Below, one piece after another: positions 39,028 through 52,313 of a stretch of 64,000 bases of DNA. The position numbers and the translations under genes were made by a program. The notes beneath the pieces are model-generated. The model saw only the letters and a list, made by a program, of their open reading frames with translations. It made no database searches and had not been told where the DNA came from. Within the stretch, counting starts at the first letter, position 1; the number at the start of each line of letters is the position of its first letter. The DNA comes from Chrysomallon squamiferum (Eukaryota > Animalia > Mollusca), in assembly GCA_012295275.1 (NCBI GenBank), contig CM022676.1, forward strand, positions 7,440,001 through 7,504,000, given 5' to 3'.

Positions 39028-40322
39028 GTTTCCAATTTACTTCCACAGATGACATCTGCTGAAACTTAGATAGCATGAAAAAGATGTTTTATATATTTAT
39101 TTTAATGTTAAATGCGTCTTTAAGTCCTAATATTATTTTCATAACAGTCTGAATATTGTTTAGCTATTGAATCCAAGTATATTTTGCCATTTGTCTCTTG
39201 TAGACTGTTTCATTGTTTTCACAAAGATCCACCGAATTTACCGTTCTAACATGCGCAATAAATTTCAGCCATTATCAGTGACGGCGCAAGAACATTCGTT
39301 ACTCTAGGCCAGGTTAGATTCTGGCGCCCCCAGGAAAATATGTTTGAGAAAACTGGATCTTCTGCTGTAGGCCAAGGATGTTCTATGTAGATGTTTCATG
39401 ATCTTTTCGTCTACAAATAAACTGTATTGGCTTGGTGATTGCTGTTGCTGGTGAGGTAGCATAGATTTAAGTTTGTTGTCTGGACTGTACTGCTTGGTCT
39501 TGTTTGTTTTTAGCTGTGTCGTGATCTGTTCATTCTGAAGAAAGTTGTTGATACTCAGATTCAGTGGCAACTCAGTAACCAGCGCTTTGAAGCACAATGA
39601 TTTAGACAATGAACACCATCCCTATTTTCATCAGATTCAGAACTATCAAGTAGGGACAAATCTAAATATCCGCGACCAAAACATTTTCATTTTCAAGTAT
39701 GTGTGGTATTTCATGGACCTCTTACTTATGTTATTGACTAAAATAATTAATAAATAATAATATTACAACAACATTTCCTCCACATACAATATTTTCACTT
39801 GCACCCCTCAAAATTGTGTTTCGTTATTGTAATCGATAGACTTGTCTGGGATATTCTGATGAAGAAATTACTAGTCTTACACATTACATTTATAACAACC
39901 AAAAGAAATGGAAGAGGTGGAGGAGGAAAACACAAATTAATTAATGTAATCACTTACATCTGTACACTTTTACAACTCTGAATACACATTCGTTACAAAG
40001 ATATGACTTCTGAATAAAACAATAAATTTACCTCTTTTCTTTTATTTTCATTTTTGCCCTCTTTTGAAACTAGAAATACACAGCAGATGTAAATAGTTCA
40101 TTTTACAGACTTAAAAGAAAGATTTCCATATTGTTGCTTTTTTAAACAATGGTTAAAGTGATAGAAAATGGAATAAAAGAATTGTGAGCAAGAAGATAGA
40201 ACGGGAAATAGGACAAGGGATGTAATAAAAGCAGGTAATGTAACTACTAAACTAGTGTGTACTGTTGTTTTGTTCATTATGTTATGTTTCTTTATCTTAT
40301 AGTAGGTTTGTTTCTGTTTCCT

Positions 40323-40361
<39 letters not shown>

Positions 40362-40764
40362 TCTAACATACACGCACATTCATATACATATACACATACA
40401 TCACTATTTTTCTTTGACACAGTAAATAAAAGTTTCAGTTCTCTTATAATTTAATGTTTCGCATCGTACCTAAATAAAGCAAGGTTTCTCTACACAATAA
40501 ATAACGTTTTTCATTTTTTTTCTGTATAGATTTTTATAGTTCGGCCATTCTGATTTAACATACATCTCGTTTTTTTTTTTGTAATTCTCTGTTTATCTGT
40601 AACTCTGGATATGTCCATGTATTTCTCTGTCTGATATATGTGTATATGTGGATACGTACAAATGCAGACAAGCGCACGTACAACCACAAACGTACAAACA
40701 ATAACATAAATACGTAAACACACATTAATACATATAAACACATGTATAGATACACCTGTACATA

Positions 40765-40870
<106 letters not shown>

Positions 40871-42051
40871 GACACAGAAACGCTCGCACATTAACACATA
40901 CACTTAAAAACGAAACATCAAGACATCCGACATAAAACTGGCGATACTAAGTATTTCACCAGACTTTCTGAAACTCTGGATAAATAGTCTTAATTTCGTT
41001 GATTGATTTATTACCTGTGTGACAATGTAACGAAAAGCAGATATTGTACTGCAGTACACATTAATACAGTGCCTTCAAACGGGAATAAAAAACGGTGATA
41101 ATAATATAATTTAAAGTTTTATCAAACAATATAATGAGACACTTTACAATATAATATAATATTGCACGATATGATATCGTAAGAACACAATAGATAAATT
41201 CTGTAACTTGGCAGAAAGATTAGGTATTTTGTATTATACGTTTGTGCGTGTTCTGTCCTCCATGGCTGGTTTTGAATAGAGTGATAGGGTCACAACATAC
41301 CACAGTAAAACTAACCTAGTCATGCCATGCGGTAAGAGTCAAAACTTGATAAGCAGCCAAATTCAAAATGGCCGCGCTTTATCTCTTTGCAGCACCCAGT
41401 TTATTATGAAATATCACCTGAGAATTTGAACAAACATTTCTCTTTATTAAAAATAAACACAGTCGCACACACACACACACAGACACATACACACACAAAT
41501 GTACACATATATAAATATAAACGAACATACACACATACACATATTTTCTTACCTACTTATTTACAGGTACATAGAAAAAAAACACCTTCAGCATACATAC
41601 ATACATACGTAACAACAAATCTACATACTAACTGCTATAATATAAAATACGCCCATACGTACATATATTCACACATTATCACCCCCCTCCCCAAGCCCCC
41701 CCAAAAACAAACAAAAGTACTGTACAAAATCAATTATTCAAAATATAACCCTGTATGACAAGTCTTAGGGCCGTGTTTAGGTTGCTGGGTTCAGTTCATT
41801 TAGATTTAGTTTATTAATAAAAATGTACAACAATCCAGAGGCTAATTTATAAAGAATAAAATGGGTTTTCATTTTACTTGTGAAACAGGCAGTAAACCTT
41901 ATATGATAAAAAAAAAAAAAAAAAAAATGAAGAATATGAAAGCCTTGAAAGTTATATTTTTATTAACAGCAGTCGAAAGAAGAAAGCAGTGAATAAAATA
42001 AAATGTAAGTAAAACTATATTTTTATTAACGTGAAAACTAAAATAAAGGAA

Positions 42052-42110
42052 ATGAGTTGTAAGTTATTCTGTGTGTTCATGTTACTGGGATGTGTATTGT
42101 ACGTACAAAG
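42052..42110 (+). pseudogene. Orphan leader exon (MSCKLFCVFMLLGCVLYVQ) without a donor site
   Basis: the gtatgt donor is replaced by unrelated sequence. Confidence 0.6.
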
Positions 42111-42159
42111 TCGACGCAAAATGACAAAAGACAAAGAACGGTGTGCTTCGTGGGAAGCG

Positions 42160-42500
42160 ATGATTACCACCGATTACTGAGCAGAGTTTTTTCTTGTCTG
42201 ATTAGCCTCTGCACGTGGACAGTATTCGGTGACGTCGTCCGCCTTCGGGGTTCGTGCGAATGGCGTGTAAAGCGATGATTATTCATGGTCTAAAATAGTG
42301 TTCGTCGCGCTAGAAAGCAGTCACGTGCTAGTCTGCTGACGTTACGTCACTATTTAAACATGTCCGAAGATTTCCGAGTTGGTCGTTTTATGAGTGGGTC
42401 TTGGATTTCTTCTTGTAGTACGTGTATGTACGAATAAGAATATGCTTAATGGTACCAGCGAACTGCTGAAGTCAGTTGAGTGGATTTCCAGATTGTAGAT
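42160..42500 (+). promoter_or_regulatory. Putative promoter of gene D
   Basis: homologue of the A/B upstream block; TGACGTC, TCACGTG, palindromic TGACGTTACGTCA, TATTTAAA at ~42351. Confidence 0.5.
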
Positions 42501-42782
42501 GATATTTTAGAAAGTATAAAACGGGTATTTTACTTGTGAAACAGGAAGTAAACGTGGTAACATAGCAAGAGAAAAGTAAACAAGGAAGAATTTAAAAGAA
42601 GAAGACAGTGAAGAAACTATTTTTATATTAACAGGAGTGAAAACAAGAAGATAATGAAATTTCAAAAAAAAAATCAAAAAAAAAATAAACAATAAAAAAC
42701 AACAACAACAACAACAAACTATTAATAATAACAGTAATAAAACTAGTTTTTGTGAACGGAAGTGAAAACTAAAATAGTGGAA

Positions 42783-42840
42783 ATGAATTGTAAGTTATTC
42801 TGTGTGTTCATGTCACTGGGATATGTATTGTACGTACAAG
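42783..42840 (+). CDS. Gene D signal-peptide exon (MNCKLFCVFMSLGYVLYVQG)
   Basis: ATG, 58 nt, |gtatgt. Confidence 0.85.
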
Positions 42841-43436
42841 GTATGTATTTGATATTCTTTCTTTCTTTTATTTCTTTCTTTATTATTATTATTTGTTTGT
42901 TATTGATTTAAATGTGAAATCTGGGTGGGCTCGCCGCCGTTTTTGAATGACTAATGTAAAATGAAATGTTTAACTGCCAGTTCAACTCTTTAAAATATGT
43001 TTAGGAAAATATTAACATAATAACATGATACAATCGATAATCCTTAAAAAAACACAGACATGTAGCATAATACATACACAAATGAAAACATATATATATA
43101 TATATACTTAACTACCTACCCATGTACATACATGCAGACATAGAGATACACATAACCTATAAGGTATTTTTTTTTTTTATTCAGGTTACGTATCTCTGTC
43201 TGAGTTAATGTCATTTAGTAAGTGTGAAACCTGGGTGGAATAGACATTATGTATTGCTGACAAATGTAAAATGAAAAATGTGTAATTGTGTGATTTGAAC
43301 TTTAGAAGTATATCTGCATTAAAACATCTATGACATTATATGACGACATAATATAACACAATATGACAATCCATCTAACAGCGTAACGTAAAATAATGTA
43401 ACATAATGTAATACAAAGTAAAATTCTGTAATAAAG

Positions 43437-43489
<53 letters not shown>

Positions 43490-43652
43490 TAATAATAATA
43501 ATAATAGTTTCTATAATTTAATTTAATTTAACTTTAACTTTATATTTAATTTTATTTTTAAATTATTTTTTAATTTAAACTTTGAAGTTTTATTATTATT
43601 ATTATTATTTGTTTTAATTTATGTTTTTTTTAATCATTATTCTAAACTGAAG

Positions 43653-43958
43653 GTCAGGGTTACACATTAACAGCATCAGACAGATATGGAGTTGTTGGAT
43701 CACAATTTACTTTGACCTGTCGAGCAGGTCCTGCTGATGTATTTAGCTGGTTTGTGAATGACGCAGTGTACTCTATGGATGGACAAGTACGTGGTTACTG
43801 TCGTTGGTTCGGGGCACATCCAAAAGATAATTTGTATAACTGTTCGAATGGAGTAAGGACTCTGACAATAAAATCTGTCAAACTCAGTCAACAAGGAACA
43901 GTGTGGAGATGTGGTGATGATGTACCACGCAGCAATGAAATAAAACTGGAAGTGAGAG
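43653..43958 (+). CDS. Gene D V-type Ig exon (QGYTLTASDRYGVVGSQFTLTCRAGPADVFSWFVN..WRCGDDVPRSNEIKLEVR)
   Basis: gaag|...|gtaaaa, 306 nt, phase 1-1, all four Cys intact; ORF 43712..44095. Confidence 0.88.
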
Positions 43959-44393
43959 GTAAAAATCAGTTTTATTACTGTCATTCTAGGACACATGTAG
44001 TGCTAATGATATCTAAAAAAAAAAAAAAAAAAAAATTCAATAAAACAAAACAGTACTATAACTCACATGTTTTATCAGTTTTATTTTGTAATTAGCATTC
44101 TAGGAATTATGTTCTTTTAATGCTTTCTAAACTAAACATCTCAGTAGAACAAAATAATACTTGAAATCAGAGGTCAAATACCTTTATCAAAATCAAATAC
44201 TTTGATAATTACAGAAGACAAGAATTATTAATATATTTTAACATTTAACTAAGTTTATATTCTTAAATGAAATAATTTCCAACCAAATTATAAGATTAAA
44301 CAGATCGTACGTATACGCTAACTTACGTATATGAAGATACATCTTTAAAATGATACATGTGTACATATCAAGATTTAGTTTTTTATTTTGATA

Positions 44394-44424
<31 letters not shown>

Positions 44425-44469
44425 TAAATCAGCTAAAATATTAACAAAGTAAATAAATAAATAAATACG

Positions 44470-44634
44470 TACTTGTAATTTATAAATGGAAGGTCGCAGA
44501 TGACGTCATAAGTAACACGGGCGTTCTCTCATTGGCTAATATTAGCAGATCACCATGAGGTTCCTATGTGTGTACAGCTGAAAATCCAGATACGAAAAAA
44601 ACTGCCAACAAAACACTTCATTTGACTGTACATC
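44470..44634 (+). pseudogene. 5'-truncated C2 pseudo-exon in gene D intron 2 (YKWKVADDVISNTGVLSLANISRSP*GSYVCTAENPDTKKTANKTLHLTVH)
   Basis: clear homology to 23511-23771; no acceptor; internal stop. Confidence 0.8.
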
Positions 44635-44949
44635 GTAAATAAGAAACTAATTATAGAAAAAATAAAAATGATAAATTAAACAGACAACTTAGTACTTGTT
44701 AGAGGTGTATGTTTAAAATATCAGACAACCAACAATAAGCGTTAAGATCTGAGACACTTCGTTATGCTATTGATAACATTATGTGTTTATTTATATGTAA
44801 GAGTGTCTGGTTATGTGCGTGTTTATGTATGTATGTATGGATGTATGGATGTATGGATGTATGCTTAATCAAGAAAGTTCAGCAAGTTCTTGTAAATGAC
44901 TGTTGATTCCAAATAAATTTAAAAAGATCTCGTTTTCATTCACAAAATC

Positions 44950-45320
44950 ACGACTGCTCAACGTTACTGCGACGAGATCATTACACCAGTTGTCATTCCA
45001 TTCCTGCAGCAGCATCCTGGCTTTCTGTTTCAACATGACAACGCTAGACTAACAACTAATCTTCTTGAGCAGAACGACATCCAAGTGTTGAACTGTCCAC
45101 CGAAGTCCTCTGACTTGTCTCCAACTGAACATGCATGGGACCTACTGCGCTGTAGGGTACGCGAAAACCATCCTCATATCCTTAATGTCCATGACCTACA
45201 AATTGCTCTGAACCGTGAATGGAACGCGGTTGCTGTTTCTGAGATTGATGCTCTCATTAGAAGCACGAGACGACGATGTACTGCTGTCATCACTGCCACT
45301 AGTGCAACACACATTATTGA
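44950..45320 (+). mobile_element. Tc1-family transposase C-terminal fragment
   Basis: TAQRYCDEII..FQHDNAR..VLNCPPKSSDLSPTEHAWDLL..LNREW..RRRCTAVI matches Tc1 DDE motifs (QxDNA, SPDLxPIExxW). Confidence 0.85.
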
Positions 45321-45960
45321 ACCCCTCACATCATTTTGGTAGATGTACCCCTCCATTTCATTAGTTGACATTAAAGTAATGACGTTGACATCATCACAAC
45401 GTGTTACTGCTGGCTACATTCAGAAATGCTGTATCAACGAAATAATGTTGCAAATATATTCAACATCCAATCAGGTTGTCTCTATTTCATATGTTGTACG
45501 TAACTGCTAAACAGCATATATATATCTGCCTATGTATATGTATGTATAAGTACACATACGTTCTTACCTACATAATTATATATTTACGGATATCTAGACA
45601 GTGAGCTTGTGAATGGATGGATGGATGGAAGGATGTACTGATACAGTGATGTAAAGAAAGAAAAGAACAATCAGACAGAGAGACAGAGGAACATAGAAAG
45701 AGTTACAGATGAACATGGAATGGTGAAGAAAATAGAGGTGTATAAAATCAGAATTGTTTAAGTACAAAAATCGGTGGTGAAAGTGTAAAATAAATACACA
45801 CAGACAATAACTGAACTGAAAGATACCTTAACAATAGCAAATAAATAATTGCCTACTCTCTGAAAGTATATTAATAATAGGAAATATAATTACCGATGTA
45901 TTGAAGATATATAAATAATATGTTAATCTGACATTTTTATTTTCATTGATGAATTTTCAA

Positions 45961-46077
45961 CCCCTGAAGAAGACAGCAATCAGTTTGCGCAAGGATTTGG
46001 CAGCGGTTTTGGAGCTTCCTCTGCTTTGTTTCTCATCATTATCTTTGGCATTGTTACGCACTTTCGAAATAAAATAA
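45961..46077 (+). CDS. Gene D transmembrane exon (PEEDSNQFAQGFGSGFGASSALFLIIIFGIVTHFRNKI), canonical acceptor mutated
   Basis: homologous to the A/B TM exons, 117 nt, donor gtaatt; acceptor reads ttttcaa, with an in-frame cryptic AG 9 nt downstream. Confidence 0.65.
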   Translation, partial: PLKKTAISLRKDLAAVLELPLLCFSSLSLALLRTFEIK

Positions 46078-46582
46078 GTAATTATTTGTTTGGTTCTTTG
46101 GACGGTTTAATAGGTTGGCTGGTTGGTTGGTTGGTTTAATTGTTTCACTTTTATTTTGTTTTGTTATATTTTATTTTATTTTACATTCTTCATTTATTTA
46201 TTCATTCATCCATTTTTTCGTTCGTTCATTTATTCGTTAATTCATACTATTGTTTATTTATTGTTTGAATGTCTTTTTTTTGTTCCTTTATTTATTTTAT
46301 TATGTATTTAAATTACACTTACCAAAAGAGTAAAGGGGAGATAAATCGAGTCTAATTTACACTATTATCTTAAATAGAATATTAAACCTGTTTTCTTGAC
46401 AACCTACATATTTCAGCCACCTGATAATGAAATGGCTGAGGTAAAAACTGACGTCTACCAAAAATATTTCACGACGATGTCAGTATTTAGGTAGATTGAT
46501 TTGAAGAGATAAGTATACTATACAGATAGAAATAACTAGTATTATTACTACACTACTAAGTTCAAGATGATGATAAGGTTAA

Positions 46583-46624
<42 letters not shown>

Positions 46625-46626
46625 AG

Positions 46627-46657
46627 GAGAAAACAACTCAACTTCGAACCAACTAAG
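46627..46657 (+). other. 31-nt exon homologous to the gene A 34-nt exon; frameshifts if included alone
   Basis: ttacag|GAGA..AAG|gtaaattaatt after a (TTA)n tract, as at 13522-13555. Confidence 0.5.
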
Positions 46658-46896
46658 GTAAATTAATTTATTATTGTTTTTTACTATTTTTCTTTCTGTA
46701 AAATGTATTCATGCTAATGTGCGTCTATCTGTATATGTCTATGTATATCTCTATGTATGTTTGTGAGTTTATGTATTTATGTGTGTGTATATATTTATGT
46801 ATGCATGTATGTATGCATGCCTGTATGTATATATGTATGTATGTGTGCACGTGCGTAAATATGTAATATATATGTAGTATATAACACATGTATCAG

Positions 46897-47001
46897 ATGG
46901 TCAGAATGCTCCAACGGCTGTAAATCGAGATACAGAGAATCTATATTATCCTCTAGAGGAAAGACGAAATGATGTCCCATATGAGGCCCTACTGCCTGAT
47001 A
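46897..47001 (+). CDS. Gene D ITAM exon 1 (type a, YYPL..YEAL)
   Basis: tatcag|...|gtgagt, 105 nt. Confidence 0.7.
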
Positions 47002-47312
47002 GTGAGTGAATTGATATTTAGAAATGATAAAGCAGTAAACGAGTATTTTGTGTTAGCCATACACTTATTAAGCTACTTTCATGAACGATTAAACAATGTT
47101 GTTTTACCGTTATGATGTACAAGAAACGAAAACTCAGCATCCATGATTTTCGATGCAAAAAGGATATCTATTATTGTAATATAACCTGCACTATATATAT
47201 ATGTGTGTGTGTGTATATTTATATACACACACATTCATTAATGCGATTATTGTTTTCTCCGTACATCACAACTTTTATATAAACGGAAACATATTTTCAT
47301 TCTATGTTTCAG

Positions 47313-47417
47313 ATAATCAGACAGCGCTCGAAGCTGTATATCAAGATACAGAGAATCTGTATTCTCATCTAGAGGAAAGACGAAATGACGTCCCATATGA
47401 GGTCTTATTGCCTGATA
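47313..47417 (+). CDS. Gene D ITAM exon 2 (type b, YSHL..YEVL)
   Basis: tttcag|...|gtgagt, 105 nt. Confidence 0.8.
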
Positions 47418-47607
47418 GTGAGTGAATTGATGTTCAGAAATGATAAAGCAGAAAGCGAATATTTTTTGTTTGCCATACACTTATTTAGTCACTTTCATGA
47501 ACAAATAAACAAGGTTGTCTTACCGTTATGATGTAGAAGAAACGAAAACGGAACATGCACGATTTTCCAGGAAAGAAAGGATATCTGTTATTACAATATA
47601 AGCTATA

Positions 47608-47675
<68 letters not shown>

Positions 47676-47737
47676 ATAGATATAAGCTATAGTGTATATG
47701 TATATATATATATATATACCTATAAATATAAGCTATA

Positions 47738-47785
<48 letters not shown>

Positions 47786-48659
47786 GTATGTATGTATGTA
47801 TATCTATATGTATATGTGAATGTATATGTTTGTATGTGTGTATGTATGTATATTGTATGTAGGTTGAGAAAACTTTGGTCCGAAATGTTTCTTAATTTTC
47901 GGATTTTGTGGTTTTGGTATTTGATGAGATAGCCTTAGATAAGAAACACAGTCTAAGCGGTAATTGAACTTGTATTTCACATGCAGCTTATCTAAGTAGT
48001 CTGCACGATTTCATAAATAGTATAAAATTCAAAAATTTTGTGCATGAAATAAAGAGTGGGTGTGCCAAATAATCCGTAATATATCAGTTTTTCTGCTGCT
48101 TGGAAGATGTTTCAAATTTCAGAACTTCGGATAAAGGATTCCCTATTTAGTTGAAAATATAAACAGTTTTCTAACACAGTTTTAAGGAGACTGACATTAA
48201 ACATTTACACACACACACACACAGACGCACGCACACACACACATACGGAACTTATAGGAAAGAACAAATCTTAACGACATTTTAGCTATTATGCAGTTTT
48301 GTGATTAATATATGTTAGAAAGCTTTGTCTTAAAATTAATTCACTGGACTGTACGGAAATATTATAAAACGTTTGAAAGAATATCTATTTATCTATCTAT
48401 CTTTCTCTCTGTCTATCTATGTATCTATCTATGTATATATAGGTAGGTAGGTCGATACCTAGATAGATAGAGAGACAGAAATAGCGTATTTGTAAAGCTA
48501 TACACTTAAACATATTGAATTTTAAAAATGTATATCTATCTGCGATTGCTAGTGTGTCTAGGTGAATTTACATACATTCATTCATTAAAGCGATTATTGG
48601 TTTCTCCACACATCAGAATTTTTATATAAACAAAAACAAATTTTGATTCCATGTTTCAG

Positions 48660-48764
48660 ATGGTCAGAATGCTCCAACGGCTGTAAATCGAGATACAGAG
48701 AATCTATATTATCCTCTAGAGGAAAGACGAAATGACGTCCCATATGAGGCCCTACTGCCTGATA
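48660..48764 (+). CDS. Gene D ITAM exon 3 (type a)
   Basis: tttcag|...|gtgagt, 105 nt. Confidence 0.8.
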
Positions 48765-49077
48765 GTGAGTGAATTGATATTTAGAAATGATAAAGCAGTA
48801 AACGAGTATTTTTTGTTAGCCATACACTTATTAAGGTACTTTCATGAACGATTAAACAATGTTGTTTTACCGTTATGATGTACAAGAAACAAAAACTCAG
48901 CATCCATGATTTTCGAGAAAAAAAGGATATCTATTATTGTAATATAACCTGCACTATATATATATATGTGTGTATGTGTATATTTATATACACACACATT
49001 CATTAATGCGATTATTGTTTTCTCCGTACATCACAACTTTTATATAAACGGAAACATATTTTCATTCTATGTTTCAG

Positions 49078-49182
49078 ATAATCAGACAGCGCTCGAAGCT
49101 GTATATCAAGATACAGAGAATCTGTATTCTCATCTAGAGGAAAGACGAAATGACGTCCCATATGAGGTCTTATTGCCTGATA
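49078..49182 (+). CDS. Gene D ITAM exon 4 (type b)
   Basis: tttcag|...|gtgagt, 105 nt. Confidence 0.8.
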
Positions 49183-49372
49183 GTGAGTGAATTGATATTA
49201 AGAAATGATAAAGCAGAAAGCGAATATTTTTTGTTAGCCATACACTTATTTAGTCACTTTCATGAACAAATATACAAGGTTGTCTTACCGTTATGATGTA
49301 CAAGAAACGAAAACGCAACATGGACGATTTTCCAGGAAAGAAAGGATATCTGTTATTACAATATAAGCTATA

Positions 49373-49442
<70 letters not shown>

Positions 49443-49461
49443 ATAGATATAAGCTATAGTG

Positions 49462-49506
<45 letters not shown>

Positions 49507-49527
49507 ATAAATATAAGCTATAGTGTA

Positions 49528-49576
<49 letters not shown>

Positions 49577-50449
49577 GTATGTATGTATGTATATCTATAT
49601 GTATATGTGAATGTATATGTTTGTATGTGTGTATGTATGTATATTGTATGTAGGTTGAGAAAACTTTGGTCCGAAATGTTTCTTAATTTTCGGATTTTGT
49701 GGTTTTGGTATTTGATGAGATAGCCTTAGATAAGAAACACAGTCTAAGCGGTAATTGAACTTGTATTTCACATGCAGCTTATCTAAGTAGTCTGCACGAT
49801 TTCATAAATAGTATAAAATTCAAAAATTTTGTGCATGAAATAAAAGTGGGTGTGCCAAATAATCCGTAATATATCAGTTTTTCTGCTGCTTGGAAGATGT
49901 TTCAAATTTCAGAACTTCGGATAAAGGATTCCCTATTTAGTTGAAAATATAAACAGTTTTCTAACACAGTTTTAAGGAGACTGACATTAAACATTTACAC
50001 ACACACACACACAGACGCACGCACACACACACATACGGAACTTATAGGAAAGAACAAATCTTAACGACATTTTAGCTATTATGCAGTTTTGTGATTAATA
50101 TATGTTAGAAAGCTTTGTCTTAAAATTAATTCACTGGACTGTACGGAAATATTATAAAACGTTTGAAAGAATATCTATTTATCTATCTATCTTTCTCTCT
50201 GTCTATCTATGTATCTATCTATGTATATATAGGTAGGTAGGTCGATACCTAGATAGATAGAGAGACAGAAATAGCGTATTTGTAAAGCTATACACTTAAA
50301 CATATTGAATTTTAAAAATGTATATCTATCTGCGATTGCTAGTGTGTCTAGGTGAATTTACATACATTCATTCATTAAAGCGATTATTGGTTTCTCCACA
50401 CATCAGAATTTTTATATAAACAAAAACAAATTTTGATTCCATGTTTCAG

Positions 50450-50554
50450 ATGGTCAGAATGCTCCAACGGCTGTAAATCGAGATACAGAGAATCTATATT
50501 ATCCTCTAGAGGAAAGACGAAATGATGTCCCATATGAGGCCCTACTGCCTGATA
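50450..50554 (+). CDS. Gene D ITAM exon 5 (type a)
   Basis: tttcag|...|gtgagt, 105 nt. Confidence 0.8.
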
Positions 50555-50867
50555 GTGAGTGAATTGATATTTAGAAATGATAAAGCAGTAAACGAGTATT
50601 TTTTGTTAGCCATACACTTATTAAGGTACTTTCATGAACGATTAAACAATGTTGTTTTACCGTTATGATGTACAAGAAACAAAAACTCAGCATCCATGAT
50701 TTTCGAGAAAAAAAGGATATCTATTATTGTAATATAACCTGCACTATATATATATGTGTGTGTGTGTGTATATTTATATACACACACATTCATTAATGCG
50801 ATTATTGTTTTCTCCGTACATCACAACTTTTATATAAACGGAAACATATTTTCATTCTATGTTTCAG

Positions 50868-50972
50868 ATAATCAGACAGCGCTCGAAGCTGTATATCAAG
50901 ATACAGAGAATCTGTATTCTCATCTAGAGGAAAGACGAAATGACGTCCCATATGAGGTCTTATTGCCTGATA
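50868..50972 (+). CDS. Gene D ITAM exon 6 (type b)
   Basis: tttcag|...|gtgagt, 105 nt. Confidence 0.8.
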
Positions 50973-51162
50973 GTGAGTGAATTGATGTTCAGAAATGATA
51001 AAGCAGAAAGCGAATATTTTTTGTTAGCCATACACTTATTTAATCACTTTCATGAACAAATATACAAGGTTGTCTTACCGTTATGATGTACAAGAAACGA
51101 AAACGCAACATGCACGATTTTCCAGGAAAGAAAGGATATCTGTTATTACAATATAAGCTATA

Positions 51163-51214
<52 letters not shown>

Positions 51215-51233
51215 ATAGATATAAGCTATAGTG

Positions 51234-51274
<41 letters not shown>

Positions 51275-51301
51275 ATAAATATAAGCTATAGTGTATATAT
51301 G

Positions 51302-51336
<35 letters not shown>

Positions 51337-52208
51337 GTATGTATGTATGTATATCTATATGTATATGTGAATGTATATGTTTGTATGTGTGTATGTATGT
51401 ATATTGTATGTAGGTTGAGAAAACTTTGGTCCGAAATGTTTCTTAATTTTCGGATTTTGTGGTTTTGGTATTTGATGAGATAGCCTTAGATAAGAAACAC
51501 AGTCTAAGCGGTAATTGAACTTGTATTTCACATGCAGCTTATCTAAGTAGTCTGCACGATTTCATAAATAGTATAAAATTCAAAAATTTTGTGCATGAAA
51601 TAAAGAGTGGGTGTGCCAAATAATCCGTAATATATCAGTTTTTCTGCTGCTTGGAAGATGTTTCAAATTTCAGAACTTCGGATAAAGGATTCCCTATTTA
51701 GTTGAAAATATAAACAGTTTTCTAACACAGTTTTAAGGAGACTGACATTAAACATTTACACACACACACACACAGACGCACGCACACACACACATACGGA
51801 ACTTATAGGAAAGAACAAATCTTAACGACATTTTAGCTATTATGCAGTTTTGTGATTAATATATGTTAGAAAGCTTTGTCTTAAAATTAATTCACTGGAC
51901 TGTACGGAAATATTATAAAACGTTTGAAAGAATATCTATTTATCTATCTATCTTTCTCTCTGTCTATCTATGTATCTATCTATGTATATATAGGTAGGTA
52001 GGTCGATACCTAGATAGATAGAGAGACAGAAATAGCGTATTTGTAAAGCTATACACTTAAACATATTGAATTTTAAAAGTATATATTTATCTGCGAGTGC
52101 TAGTGTGTCTGGGTTCATTTACATACTCATTCATTAATGCGATTATTGGTTTCTCCACACATTAGAATTTTTATATAAACAAAAACAAATTTTGATTCCA
52201 TGTTTCAG

Positions 52209-52313
52209 ATTGTCAGAGTGCTCCAACGACTGTACATCAAGATACAGAGAATCTATATTATCCTCTAGAGGAAAGACGAAATGACGTCCCATATGAGGTC
52301 CTAATGCCTGATA
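52209..52313 (+). CDS. Gene D ITAM exon 7 (type c, YYPL..YEVL)
   Basis: tttcag|...|gtaagt, 105 nt. Confidence 0.8.

Larger units (their letters stand above)
46890..52210 (+). repeat. ~1.77-kb tandem repeat x3, each unit carrying two ITAM exons
   Basis: type a/c exon starts at 46897, 48660, 50450, 52209. Confidence 0.9.
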
